DNA of 63,892 nucleotides, counting the filler, from Octopus bimaculoides (Eukaryota): the NCBI RefSeq assembly GCF_001194135.2. It is 5 parts of 5 records of this genome, joined end to end, with 100 filler letters (N's around TTAATTAATTAA, not from the genome) between each part and the next. Parts side by side here need not be neighbours in the genome. Positions count along the whole stretch, not along the records: positions 30,087 to 48,830 come from NC_068994.1; positions 48,931 to 52,700 come from NC_068999.1; 3 more parts are not named here. One strand, written 5' to 3'. Each line of letters begins with the position of its first letter. Within the stretch, counting starts at the first letter, position 1. Positions 38,415 to 51,389 of the stretch are shown one piece after another. The notes under the pieces were generated by a model. The model saw only the letters and a list, made by a program, of their open reading frames with translations. It did not search any database and had not been told where the DNA came from. The position numbers were made by a program, and so were the translations under genes.

Positions 38415-40865
38415 GTGTGCCTATGCCATCTTTTTTCTGTTATTCCTGTGTATACAGGTCTCAACTCTGTCGTATCTGTGAATATATTCCTTCTTAGCCA
38501 GGACTGGACAGCCAGAGACAATATGATTTAGTGTTTCTTCTCCACATATTCTGCTGTTACTTGTGTTTCTTTTCATTACATGTTTTTGATAATTTCTGGT
38601 GGGAAAGCTTTGATCTTGTGCTCCAATTAAAAATCCTTCAGCCTCTGCTTTGAGTCCTGAGCTTCTCAGCCAATGTTGGGATTTTCCTTTGTTTATTCTT
38701 TTCTGTTTAGTTTAAGCGAGTATTTCCCATGTAGGGGCTTTTCTTGCCATCGTTTTATCATGATCTGTTGCTGTTCCAGTTTTAGTTTGGATTTCACCTG
38801 TTTTACAGCTTTCGTTATTTCTTCTTTTTCTTCATAATCGTTAGGTACTATAGCTTCTTAAAGACTGAAAACAGTTTTTTGTTTTGTTCGTGTTTTGTGG
38901 CTATTTGCATTTGTTTTCCTTGCTTCTGAAGTTCGTATTTCTGTAGTCCTATGGTGGTTATTTTGTAATAGTTTTCTAGCTGTATAAGGCCTCTACCAGC
39001 TTCGATACGTTGTACATATAACTATTCTATGTCAGATTTTGGGTGGTGCATCCTAAATCCTGTCATTATTTTTATTGTTTTCCTGTCTATTTTGATTAGT
39101 TCATTTAGAGTATAGTTAAGAATATTGTAGCTGTAACTTATAACTGGGACGGCTAGAGTGTTAATACCTATTATCTTGTTTTTCGCAATGAACTCTGTTT
39201 TCAGTATTAATCTAACTTGTCTATAGTATTTTTTTCTTATCTTCTCTTTCATTTTTGTGTATTTTATCGTATCTAGTTCATTGATTCCTAAATATTTGTA
39301 TGTCTGGCTTTGGTCTAATTCTTTTATTTCATTTCCTTTATCTAGTGTGATGTTGCTACTCTTAACTAATTTTCCTCATTTCAAGGTTGCTTTGGCACAT
39401 TTTTCTAAGTCAAATTTCATGTTTATTTCTTTGGTAAATCCATGTACTGTCTGTAGTAATTTTTCCAGCTGTTTATCATTTGTAGCATACAATTTAAATC
39501 TTCCATATTTAAGAGGTGGCTGATTGTTTTGCCGTAACATTTGTATCCACGTCCAGTTCTGTTTAGTATGTCAGATAAAGGCGTCAGGGCCAAGCAGAAA
39601 AGGAGTGGAGAGAGTGTGTCACTCTGAAAAATTCTTCTTCTAATGGGGATGGTTTTGATTTGTATGAGTCCCTCTTTTATCTGGAGCTGTAGCACCGTCT
39701 GCAATTTTTCATGGAATGCTTTATATATATTATGATTATTAGTGCTACCTTGTTCATGGCAAGTGTTTCTAGGGTCCAAGTGTTTAGAATACTATCTAAA
39801 CCTTTCGGTAATCGATCCAGGCCATGCTTAGACCCATCTTTCTGTGGTTGTCTTCAGTTATGACTTTATTGATCAACCGCTGATCTTTACAGCCGTATGA
39901 GCCCTTGCAACATCCCTTTTGCACTTCTGGAAACAGATTGTTTTCTTCCAGATGTTTCCTCATTCTCTGCAATATTATTGCAGTAAAGGCTTTGTAAATT
40001 TCAGGGAGACAAGTTATCGGTCTGTAATTTTGTGGGTTTGCTGTTTCAGTGGATTTGGAAATTACGACAGATTTCCCTTCTATCAGCCATTCAGGCATTG
40101 TCGCTGGCTCTACTAGTATTTCATTAAATTTCTCAGCCAGCTTTATATGTGTTCCAGTTAGATATTTTAACCAGAAGTTGAGGACCTTGTCGTGCCCGGG
40201 TGCCCTTCAGTTGCTTGGTTTTTGCAGTACCTGAGTGATCTCTTCATAGGGGTTCAGAGTTGTTCAGGTGCTGTGTTCGTTGTTGTGATAGACCTTTTCT
40301 GAGGTTGTTTCTTCGTCGACCATATTCCTTTCCAAAATTCTTCCACTTCTGCTGTTGATGCTGCATTGATGTCTATTTTATTTTTGTAAAGTTCTAGGTA
40401 GAAACTTTTGGGGTTGGAGTTGAACTGTTTGTTTTGTTCAAAGAAACGCTGGCGTTTCTCATACCGGTGGATACTTTGTACTTTGGTGAGGATATTTTGC
40501 TTTAGCTATTCTTTTACCCTAGGTATACCTTGCTTTGTAATTTTGTATTTATGCAGTATTTTTGTACTGTTCTTGTTGCTTAGTAGTGTTGGCTGTCTAC
40601 TAATTTCATTAAGGATTGACAGATCCTTTCTTTTTTTTCTATTTTTTCTGGATATTATTTATCAACATGGTTTTTTGGGTGGTGATGCTCCTGTTTGGAT
40701 GGGTTTTAGGGGGTATCCGGCTTCTTTTGTGGCCACAAAGGCTGCTGTATATATCATATCATTTAGCCTGGTCATATTGATATTTGTTTCTTTGGCTATT
40801 AGTTCTGTGACGGCCAGGTTCATACTATTTATTATCTATGCTGTTTATTATCATCAATTATATTA
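38415..40865 (-). mobile_element. R4/Dong-like retrotransposon (pre-RT, RT, CCHC), degenerate
   Basis: [73 protein letters not shown]. Confidence 0.9.
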
Positions 40866-41345
40866 ATATGTCAATTTTTTTACGTACCTGATGCGTGTGT
40901 CACACTTAAGAGAAAGAAATTGTTGAAAGAAATTTTGTTACTTAAATAAAAATTCTTAACTGGATCTCATGTAATTTCTGGTAGAGATTTGAAACCGCCA
41001 TCTATATGTTGTGTTAGTACTTCGCAACACCCATGCCAACTGGTTCACCGAAGCAGCTACGATCTGAATGGGAAATTAAGATACTTAAATTTGACGCGTG
41101 TCGAGCAAGGGAAAGAGGAAGTGAGAAAGAAAGAGTGAGAGGGAGTGGCTAAATTCATTTGAATTCCTTTCTACGATTGAACTGAAATTGACCCCTGGCT
41201 ATTAAAGGCCCAGCCACACACACACACACAACACACACACACACAATTTTGTTTTAAGTCATCTACCCATTTGAATTCGGCAATATACCAGATAACATGT
41301 TAAGTCTTATGTTCTGAAATTTAAAATTTGAATTTGTCTTAATTA

Positions 41346-41797
41346 TAAAATTACACCTCAGCTAAAAAATCATCTTTTGGCTTTCGAATACAACCTTTTC
41401 TTTCTCTTTCTATATTTTTTTGTAAAGTTACAAATCCTCTCTTTTGGTCAGGATTTTTCCAATTTCTTTTTTCTTGTGCCAAGTAATGGGCGAAAGTATT
41501 TAAAAAAGAATTAAATTCATAGAGCCGAACAAAATCAGAAATATTAATTCTATTNNNNNNNNNNNNNNNNNNNNNNNNNNNNNNNNNNNNNNNNNNNNNN
41601 NNNNNNNNNNNNNNNNNNNNNNNNNNNNNNNNNNNNNNNNNNNNNNNNNNNNNNNNNNNNNNNNNNNNNNNNNNNNNNNNNNNNNNNNNNNNNNNNNNNN
41701 NNNNNNNNNNNNNNNNNNNNNNNNNNNNNNNNNNNNNNNNNNNNNNNNNNNNNNNNNCGAAAGCCAAAAGATGATTTTTAGCTGAGGTGTAATTGTA
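41346..41797. mobile_element. TIR element/MITE flanked by TA (Tc1-mariner type)
   Basis: About 40-bp terminal inverted repeats (a(a/c)aattacacctcagctaaaaa(a)tcatcttttggctttcg) with TA at 41344-45 and 41798-99; interior partly gap. Confidence 0.75.
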
Positions 41798-41834
41798 TAA
41801 GTAAACAAAAACTAAAAGACACACACACACACAT

Positions 41835-42045
41835 GAATGTGTCTGTGTTTGCACCCCACCACCATTGCTTGACAACCGATGCTGGTGTGTTTGCGTCCCT
41901 GTTACTTAGCTGTTCAGCAGAAGAAACTGATAGAATAAGCACCAGACTTTCAGGTAATAAGTTCAGAGATCAATTTCTTCGACTAAAGGGTGGTGTTCCA
42001 GCATGGGTGCAGTCAAATGACTGAAACAAGTAAAAGAATAAAAGA
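41835..42045 (+). mobile_element. SINE family 2 tail
   Basis: cttgacaaccgatgctggtgtg...cagtcaaatgactgaaacaagtaaaag, also at 50225. Confidence 0.85.
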
Positions 42046-42199
42046 ACATGAGAAAAACGTTCTCTGAGTATGTAGGATGTATTTTAAGGCTAAATAGTGA
42101 TTTTGTTTACGTTTGCGTAACTGAGATATTTTGGTTGGATTATATAGTTATCGATTTTACCCTATCTCTATTCTGTAACTGTCGCAATATACTTCTTTA

Positions 42200-42410
42200 C
42201 TATAGGCGCAAGTCCTGAAATTTTGTCGGGGAAAGAGCCAGTCAATTAGATCGACCTCAGTATGCAACTCGTACTAAATTTATCGACGCAGAAAGGATGA
42301 AAGGCAAAGTCGACCTCAGCAGAATTTGAATTCAGAGCGTAAAAACAGACGAAATACCTCCAAGCATTTCGCCCGTCATGCTAACGGTTCTGCCAGCTCA
42401 CCGCCTTTAA
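42200..42410 (-). mobile_element. SINE family 1
   Basis: aaggatgaaaggcaaagtcgacctc...gaatttgaa. Confidence 0.88.
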
Positions 42411-42507
42411 ATGTCACAATATAGAAACATTTCTCATGACACTAGCACACAATTTACAGAAGCTTACGTTTTTTATATTTTCCGTGAATTTTTCACGGGT
42501 CCAGCTA

Positions 42508-42567
<60 letters not shown>

Positions 42568-42613
42568 GTTTTTGTTGTTGTTGTTGTTGTTGTTGTTGTT
42601 ATTGTTGTTGTTG

Positions 42614-45600
42614 TCTTTGCACAGCTTCTATCATTGGAGATGTACAATGATGGCAGCTGTTCACTACCAGTGAACTAAGGTAGCACCCCTTATTTTTCGA
42701 GCACCATCCGGAGTATTCGAGCGGTTCCAAGCAGTGCTGTTTTCTGCAAGTGCTCCAACCTTATTGCAACCCCTATTTGTTCCATGTACTTCTCAAGATT
42801 TTTACTCACTGTTCCCAGGGCTCTGACGATTATTGGTACTACTACCACCTTTTTCATCGACCACTCTTGCTTAACCTCCCTAGCTAACCTGCCATATCTA
42901 TCTACTTTTCTTTCTTCCTTATCGCATACCTTGTTGTCAGCATCGTTTGCTTTCTTTCTCAATTAACACTGTCTGGCTTCCTATTCTCTATCTCATGGTC
43001 ACACTGAATCATAAAATCCCATAGCATTTTTGCATTATCATTTTAAATGATGCGTTTGGGTTTATGTTCGTACCGCTTTTTTTGTTCTTTCAAGTCCATA
43101 CTTGTTGTAAATTGCCCAATGGACAAGCCTTGCTATATTGTCATGACATCTCTTATATTCGTTCTGGGTTAGTGGCGTACATTGACTGGTAATATGCAAT
43201 ACGGTTTCACCATTTTGTCCACAAATTCTGCACTTATCACTTTCTGATGTGTTGTCTATTTTGTATGTGATGTAATTCGTTCTTAGGTGATGTAATTCGT
43301 TTTTAGGTGATGTAATTCGTTCTTAGGCTCTTGGGCAGCACAGATTTGAGTCTCCATTTCCGGTTTTAAATCACTTTTAGTCATCCACAGCCATTTCTTC
43401 TCTGTCTTATCTTCAACATCCCTATGAAATTGTCCATGCACTTTTTCTTTATCCAGTCATTCTCAAGTGCTTGTATAGTGTTTTATCTTTGCAATTTTCC
43501 ATCCTACACAAGCTTGACACTCTTGCTTCCAGTAATAATGGTTCTGTGGCATTTTTACATACCATGCTATGTTGCTTTCTTCTGTTCTAACGCTGTGTTC
43601 GCATCCAATCAGTCCTCTTTTCCCACTTTTTCTTGATGCATACAAACTGTCTGTGTCACTTTTTGGATGGAGTATCCCATATCTAGTCAGCAACTTCCTT
43701 GTCTTTCTGTCTAAGCTGTTGAGCTCGTCTACTGTGCATGAATTACCCCTGCTCTATATCTAAGGAGTGAAACCGCGCAGGTGTTGACAGTTTCAATATT
43801 ATTCCGTCCGATTAACCTCGACTTAAGAATCTGTCATAGTCTGCACAAGTACTCTACCTTAAATTTTTCTGTCATTTATTTCTCCATCAATTTATCCATT
43901 TCTAATATCACCAAGTACCTATAGCCCGTCCCTTCTATCTGCTTCATAACTTCCCCCGATGGTATCGGTAGCCCTTCCATACATTTGATTTTGCCTCTCT
44001 TCAAAACTAACACGCCAAACTTTTTCAGTCCGAACTCCATTCTGATATCAGCACTGAAGGTATATACCATATCAACGAGGGAACTGACTTGGGATTCATC
44101 TTTACCATAACGTTTGAGATCATCCATGAATAACAAGTGGTGGACTTTTTGTTGGCGACTTCTGAATACATAGCCAATCTTTGCTTTTCTCAGAATCAGT
44201 GTTAATGGTATCATGCACAGTACAAAGATCAGTGGGTACTGGCTATTCCCTTGGACGATGCCTTTCCTAATTGTTATTGTCCTTAAACGTTTTCCACATG
44301 CCGTCAATTCCGTCCTCCCCTTCGCCATACTTTTTCCAAGCAATCGCTCAACATTCGATGCAATACCAAATAGGTTCATGCATTCCATAATCCAAGAATG
44401 TGGGATCATATCGTACGCCTTACGATAATGGATCCATGACATGGCTAAGTTAGTTTTCCTCCTCTTTGAGTCTCTAAGTACAGTTTTGTCTACCAGGAGT
44501 TGATCCTTGGTACCTCTGCACTTAGGCTTGCAACCCTTCTGCTCAGGTGGCGCGACTCCATTTTTTCCAGATGTCCGTACATTGATTGACTCTGCGACTA
44601 TTGCAGTCAATAATTTCCACATAAGTAACAAGCAGGTTATCGGCCTGTAATTGTCTACCGAATTGCCTTTTTCGATGTTCTTCAAGCACAGCACTGTCCT
44701 ACCCATTGTAAACCACTCTGGTGTTACTTAGTCGGCATTTAACAAGGTGTTGAGTTGTGCAGCTATTCGTGCATGACATTCCCCAAATCTTTTGATCCAG
44801 TAGCCTTGAACTCTATCTGGTCCCGGGGCCTTCCAGTTGCTCATTTTTTTGCTGATTTCCTTCACTTCCCTAACTGAAATGATTAGTTCTGCCTGTTTTG
44901 GACAGATTACTGTTTGTTTCAGTTCTTGCAACTTTCAGAATCCTTCTTGTGCTCCTTGTCTTTGCTCCAGATGTCACTCCAAAATCTTTGACTTTCAATG
45001 TTATCTGGTATCAACTTTTCATCTGTCCACTCTCCATTTATTTCTTTGAAGAATCTCTTCTGGTCTACTCTGAATAACTTATTCTGCTGGTAACCCTTCA
45101 TTCTTTGATCGTATCTTACCGTCTTTGCTTTCTTTGCAACGAGGCACTGTTTCAGTTCCTCCATTACCACTTTCAGGCATTTTCTTTCAATATTATACTT
45201 CCTGTTCAGTGCTCTGCATTTTTGTTCGTTTTTAAGCTCCCCTTTTACTTTTCGGTCTAACACAGAAATGTCCTTCGAGAGCATTTCTAACCCCGCCTGT
45301 ATTCTTTTCTACCATGGATTTTGTCTTTTGTCAGTCCCAGCTACAACAATACTTGTTGCCTTCATCAAATTATTTGCTTCTGTGATGTTTTTGTTCTGAT
45401 GTATTTCAAAATTTCATTCACATTTTTTCGTTTTTTGGTTCAGTTTCCACCGATCAACCGTTTTAAGGTTGTAAATAATGGTGCTCTCATTCTCCTGTAG
45501 CCTTGCCTCTATTCTGTCGTAGGTTGCCTTTTGCCCATCTGTCATGTCACCATTAGTTTTATTGTCTTTTTCCAATCCATCTATATGTCTCTCATCGAGC

Positions 45601-46290
45601 AAGATATCACTGTTCCTTTCCTGTGGTCTATTAAAGGTTTTACATGTTTTCTGCTATGAGATTACTTTTATCAGTAGGAACTGTATTGTCATCGTTTCCT
45701 CTACTGCCGTTTCCCAATACCCGTCTTTTGATAGCTCTACTTCTGTGAAGCAACGATTTTTTTCTTATTGCTCTAGCTTAATCACATAATCTCTGTTCCA
45801 TGAGTTGAAACAATACTCTTTCTCTCCATCGATCATACATACGTTATCGATATCCCTTAAGATGAACACCATTTTCGTCTACGGGGTTGCTCAGGTAGCA
45901 ACACTCCATGACTAGAGCATTGATTTGTTTGTTCCATCTACGCCGCGTGTGTTGGTTCCTTGCTGGATAACGACAGGCTTGAGTCGGACGAGTATATCTG
46001 AGCCTGCCGGGTGTAACACTGTCACCATCAAGGGCTTCAGTTTCATTACCACCATTATTCACAATATCTTGTTTTTTCATTGTCACTCATATGAGGTAGC
46101 GATTATCAGGATGCGCAATTACCAGTGTTTCTATCGTGACATCATCACTGAATATATCATCAATCAGAGCATAGGGAGATTCCAACCGCTTCCTTTCATT
46201 GTTATCAGTATCATCACTGATATTATTATTTTCAGTTTTTTACTATTATTTGTCATTGTTGATATTTCCTCTGATCCAACATGAGTTTTG
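42614..46290 (-). mobile_element. Near full-length R4/Dong-like retrotransposon (RT plus restriction-like endonuclease), degenerate
   Basis: N-terminal [46 protein letters not shown], and C-terminal VPIIVRALG...LQKTALLGTARILR. TAA/CAA arrays on both sides; 20-bp unit x3 at about 43267-43327. Confidence 0.93.
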
Positions 46291-46292
46291 GC

Positions 46293-46369
<77 letters not shown>

Positions 46370-46396
46370 CATTATTACCACCATCACCATTATTAC

Positions 46397-46460
<64 letters not shown>

Positions 46461-46680
46461 GTTCAGTAGTTTTATTTTTATACCGTGCTTTCACTTCACT
46501 ACCGAGCGCAGCTCTGTGTGCCTTGGGTATGTGCTGTGGTTTGCTGTGATGCTCTTCTGGTTACTGTATTGAAACTGTTTTGCGTAGGATGTGTGCAGTG
46601 CCCAGTAGTGCAATTTTCTGTATGTTATATATATTTGTAAGTCCTGGTGTTTTTGTTATGTATTTGTCTGAATAATTTTT
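46461..46680 (-). mobile_element. 5'-truncated R4-like 3' end inside a (TAA)n array
   Basis: KIALLGTAHILRK tail plus 3' UTR ending aaaactactgaac; TTA runs on both flanks. Confidence 0.88.
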
Positions 46681-47119
46681 AATTATTATTTTTATTTTAT
46701 TATTATTATTGTTATTATTATTATCATTATTATTATTTCGATATGTTGTTAAAAGATATTATTGAATGTTGTTTAGTTTCAACTTTCGTCGTATACTTGA
46801 GATGATCATAAACATGTGAGTGTTTAAGGGAATAGCAGGAGCAAGATAGCTTGGTGAATAGATTAAATACCACAGATCTGTAGATAGATTCGGCAGATGG
46901 TGAAGAGATCAACAATGGGATTTTCTGTGCGATAAGGAGACAAAAGCGGCCTCACACCCTTGGGCTAAGCTTAGGTCAAATGTGTTTACTACTATTAGCG
47001 ATCAATGAGAGAGTTGACCTTGGCTTTCAAAAGAACCAGATCACCTTGTTCTATTACTGATAGAATAATTACTGATAGAATAATTTTATATATATATATA
47101 CTGATGTTCACTTAGTTGA

Positions 47120-47188
<69 letters not shown>

Positions 47189-47783
47189 GTTCAGTAGTTT
47201 TATTTTTATAACATGCTTTCACTTCACTACCGAGCGCAGCTCTGTGCGCCTTGGGTATGTGCTGTGGTTTGCTGTGGTGCTCTTATGGTTACTGTATTGA
47301 AAGTGTTTTGCGTAGAATGTGTGCAGTACCCAGAAGTGCAATTTTCTGTATGTTATATATATTTGTAAGTCCTGGTANNNNNNNNNNNNNNNNTGTATTT
47401 GTCTGAATATTTTTTTTATTATACCTAAGGCACCTACTATGATAGGAATTGTTTCTGTTTTTAGATTCCACATTCGAGTTATCTCTATTTCCAGGTCTTT
47501 GTATTTTGAAAGTTTTTCCAATTCTTTTAGAGAAACGTTGTCATCTGCTGGTATTGATACATCAATTAGAAAGCATTTTTTTTCTTCATGATCTTTGACA
47601 ACTATATCTGGTCTATTTGCCTTAATTTCTCTATCTGTGTGTATTGGCATATCCCAGAGTATGGTTGCTATCTCGTTTTCTGTGACCTTTTCTGGCGTGT
47701 GTTTATACCATCTTTTTTCTGTTGTTATTCCATAGTGTTGGCATAGCTTCCAGTGTATATAGGTCCCAGCTCTGTCGTGTCTG
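47189..47783 (-). mobile_element. 5'-truncated R4-like copy encoding the RLE endonuclease
   Basis: MPIHTDREIKANRPDIVVKD...LIDVSIP...EKLSKYKDL (PD..D..K type); TTA runs on both flanks. Confidence 0.92.
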
Positions 47784-47799
47784 TTTATTTATTTATTAT

Positions 47800-47870
<71 letters not shown>

Positions 47871-47872
<2 letters not shown>

Positions 47873-48710
47873 GAGAACTCACAGCTTATTTTGTTGGGTA
47901 TGATGGAAAGTGTCAGCGTTCACAGCCAGCAGACTTAGGTGACACTTGTTTTCTGGTGATGCTTCAAGAACCCTGCGAAGAATTCTTGCAGTTCCAAGCA
48001 ATTCTGATTTTGTAGGTGTTCTACCTTCACACTTGCACCAATCTTTTTCAGCCAAGTTGGTAGTTGAGTGCTGATACTTCCAAGTGCTTCAAGTACTATT
48101 GGTATCACGTCTACTCTCCTCATTGACCACAACCTTTATATTTTCCACTTCAAATCATCATAGTTAATTAGTTTTCTTCTTCTTTCACATTGATCCTGTT
48201 GTCATCGAGGCATGCAATGTCGATTATCATACATGTTCTTTCTTTTTTATTCTCCACAAAAATGAGCGGTTTTCTGGTTAGGTGATGGCACTGGATCATT
48301 GCATCCCGACGCTATCTGCAATTTGCTCATACTATGCCTTTGCTCTTTGTGGGCCGTGATTTCCATAGAATTTCCAATAGATCATTCTTGCTACGTAATC
48401 ATGGCATCTTTTGCATTCGCGTTGTTCCAGTTTCGGACATTCGCTAACGATGTGCCATACTGTTTCACCTCTCTCATCACACAATCTGCATTTGTCACTA
48501 TCGGTAGTGTTGTCTATTCTGCACTTCATATAGTTGGTCTTTAACGCTTGTTCCTGAGCTGCGTATATAAGTGCTTCTGTCTCTATCTTCAGGCCACTCC
48601 TCTTCATTCATAGCCACCGGTCCTCTGTATCTGTCTGTGCGATCACATCTCTTGCAAACTGATTGTACATTTCCTTTTCCTTCCATGCCTTTTCTTTTTT
48701 TATTCATTTC
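47871..48710 (-). mobile_element. 5'-truncated R4-like copy with a different 3' UTR (CCHC plus RLE)
   Basis: ETEALIYAAQEQAL, CRLCDERGETVWHIVSEC, VIPIVLEALG; TTA runs on both flanks. Confidence 0.9.
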
Positions 48711-48930
48711 TTGTTGAAATTATTATTATTATTATTATTTTATGTTCGACTTTTGTTTTGCATTTGTACAAGTTGGATCCAAGTCTCACCCAGAGACCTC
48801 AAGAGACAACAAGTTAGAAGTTCATGTAGGNNNNNNNNNNNNNNNNNNNNNNNNNNNNNNNNNNNNNNNNNNNNTTAATTAATTAANNNNNNNNNNNNNN
48901 NNNNNNNNNNNNNNNNNNNNNNNNNNNNNN

Positions 48931-48962
48931 CAAGATTCCGAGTTCGATTCCAGACAGTGACC

Positions 48963-49017
<55 letters not shown>

Positions 49018-49217
49018 CAACAACAACAACAACATTGAAAAATACCCTAGGAATGAGAACCCAGGTTCGAAATTACCCCAAGACACCTGATGAAGGCTGG
49101 AGGGTATATCAGACGAAACGTTGTGTTAAACAACAAACAAGATGAGGACGAATATTCGTCAAATGTAAATAATGTAAATAATGTACATAATTCCTCATCT
49201 CTTAAATATAGAACTGT
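48931..49217 (+). mobile_element. SINE-like solo module: tRNA B box, (AAT)n, hammerhead ribozyme, tail
   Basis: caagattccgagttcgattcc matches the tRNA head of Penelope B, then an AAT/AAC run, then the hammerhead at 49082-49127. Confidence 0.8.
49082..49127 (+). ncRNA. Minimal type I hammerhead ribozyme
   Basis: Stem I GACAC/GUGUU, core CUGAUGA(A), stem II GGCUG/CAGAC (one mismatch; CAGCC in the other two copies), GAAA, palindromic AACGUU stem III. Confidence 0.75.
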
Positions 49218-49257
49218 GTCACCACTACCTGTTTGTTTTAGCCATCGTAATTTCCTT

Positions 49258-49580
49258 GGAAGGCGCGTAGCTTAATGATTAGGGTATTCGGCTAACGATC
49301 GTAGAGTCGCGAGTTCGATTTCTTGCGGCATCTTGTGTTCTTCAGCAAGACACTTTATTTCACGTAGCCCCAGTCCATTCAGCTGGCAAAAGTGATTTGT
49401 GCTTGTAGTTTAAAAGGGCCAGCCTTGTCACATTTTGTGCCACGCTGAATCGCGCTGTGAACTACGTTAAGGGTATGCGTTTTTGTGGTGTGCTCAACCA
49501 CTTGCAACTTATTTTCACGAGCAGACTGTTCCGTTGATAGGATCAACGGGAACCCTCGTCGTCGTAACCAACGGAGGGCC
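49258..49580 (+). mobile_element. tRNA-derived SINE, family 3
   Basis: ggaaggcgcgtagcttaatg...gagttcgatt head; tail gatcaacgggaaccctcgtcgtcgtaacc shared with the copy at 62470-62856. Confidence 0.85.
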
Positions 49581-49646
49581 AAATTCTTTGAGGTTATTTT
49601 ATCGTAAGTTTATATGAAAGAAAAGTTATAGTGGTGGTCTTTGTAA

Positions 49647-49682
<36 letters not shown>

Positions 49683-50224
49683 GGATGATGAGGATGATGA
49701 TGATGATGTAGCTAAAGTGCTAAATGATTAAATGAAACAGCGTGTATTATTACGTTTGTGAGATTTCAAACCAATCAGGTGGACATATACAACAATGTCA
49801 GAAAAGAAAAGAGTGACCACTATGCATGCGTAAACACATACATACAAATACATACATGCCTCTATAGATATGCAGGGACGTGTGTGTGCATATTCTCCCT
49901 CTCTCCTTCACTCTTTCTTTATAGCTCTCTTCTTCCCTTCTTCTTTTACCCCTTCTCTCTCTTCTCTGTCTCTGGATTCCATTTATATATATATATATAT
50001 ATATATATNNNNNNNNNNNNNNNNNNNNNNNNNNNNNNNNNNNNNNNNNNNNNNNNNNNNNNNNNNNNNNNNNNNNNNNNNNNNNNNNNNNNNNNNNNNN
50101 NNNNNNNNNNNNNNNNNNNNNNNATATTTGCATACATACACATATCCATATAATATATCCATATAATATATCCATATCCCGTCGTATATATGTATATATA
50201 TATGTATGTGTGTGTATATGTTTG

Positions 50225-50432
50225 TGTGTCTGTTTGTCCCCCCCAATGTCGCTTGACAACCGATGCTGGTGTGCTTACGTCCCCTTAACTTAGCGGTTCG
50301 GCAAAAGAAACCGATAGAATAGGTACTATGCTTCCAAAGAATAAGTCCTGGGGTCGATTTGCTCGACTAAAGGCGGTGCTCCAGCATGGCCTCAGTCAAA
50401 TGACTGAAACAAGTAAAAGAGTAAAAGAGTAA
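50225..50432 (+). mobile_element. SINE family 2 tail
   Basis: Similar to 41835-42045. Confidence 0.88.
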
Positions 50433-50669
50433 CTATTTAAAATCCCCTTCTTCAGTCAATTAGTATTCTTCATTTGGGCCAAATGAAAGGGAGAATGTGC
50501 AATATATGTATTTTGCTATGAATGGAATGCATGACGTAAGTAATTTCTCTCAATTTTCATTTGTTGTGTGCTGCAGTGATAAAAACGGGCTTAAGTTTCT
50601 TCGATGTACTGACACTTTTTGGAGAAACTAAATGAGTTAAGCTGTTTTAAAATATTGATTTCAAATATT

Positions 50670-50870
50670 GACACAAGACCAGCAATTTCAGGGAGGGAAT
50701 AAGTCGATTATCTCGACCCCAGTCTTCAACTGGTATTTATTTTATCGACCCCGAAAGGATGAAAGGCAAAGTGAGCCTTGGCAGAATTTGAACTTAGACC
50801 GTAAAGACAGATGGAATGCCACGAAGTATCTTGCACGGCATCCTAACGATTCTGCCAGCTCGCCGCCACT
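50670..50870 (-). mobile_element. SINE family 1
   Basis: cgaccccgaaaggatgaaaggcaaag...ctgccagctcgccgcc. Confidence 0.88.
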
Positions 50871-51389
50871 GCTCAGACAGCGGTAGTGTTGTCGGGGCAA
50901 GCGAACCAATCGATGTTCAAGGAAAAGTTAGTAACAGAGTACGTGGAGCTACTTTTACTTGACAGATATGCTGACCCTAAGTTTCATTTTGTTTCAAGCA
51001 AAGCGGCTTCGCTCATTCCTTAGTACAATATATTAATACTAGTTAAAACTCATTTCGTTTCTTAGTATTAACTAGTATTAACATTTAGTTTCTTGGTATT
51101 AACTAGTATTAACATTTAGTTTCTTAGTATATCGTGCTTGTAGCCATAACACGATAATATTGTGGAAAACGCTTTCCTAAGCTTGTGCTAACGTGATGCA
51201 ACTATACATTTCAATTGGCTGTTAACGAGAAGAAAAAGATACTGAAAGTATTTTTGATGTTGTTCTGGAAAATCAAACGAGTTTTGATGATCAAACGAAA
51301 AATGATGGTAGTGGATTTTTGCTGACATCGAAACATTAGAATTCCCCCCACACCCTTTTTTACTATAAGTATTTCTTTACACTTTACTA

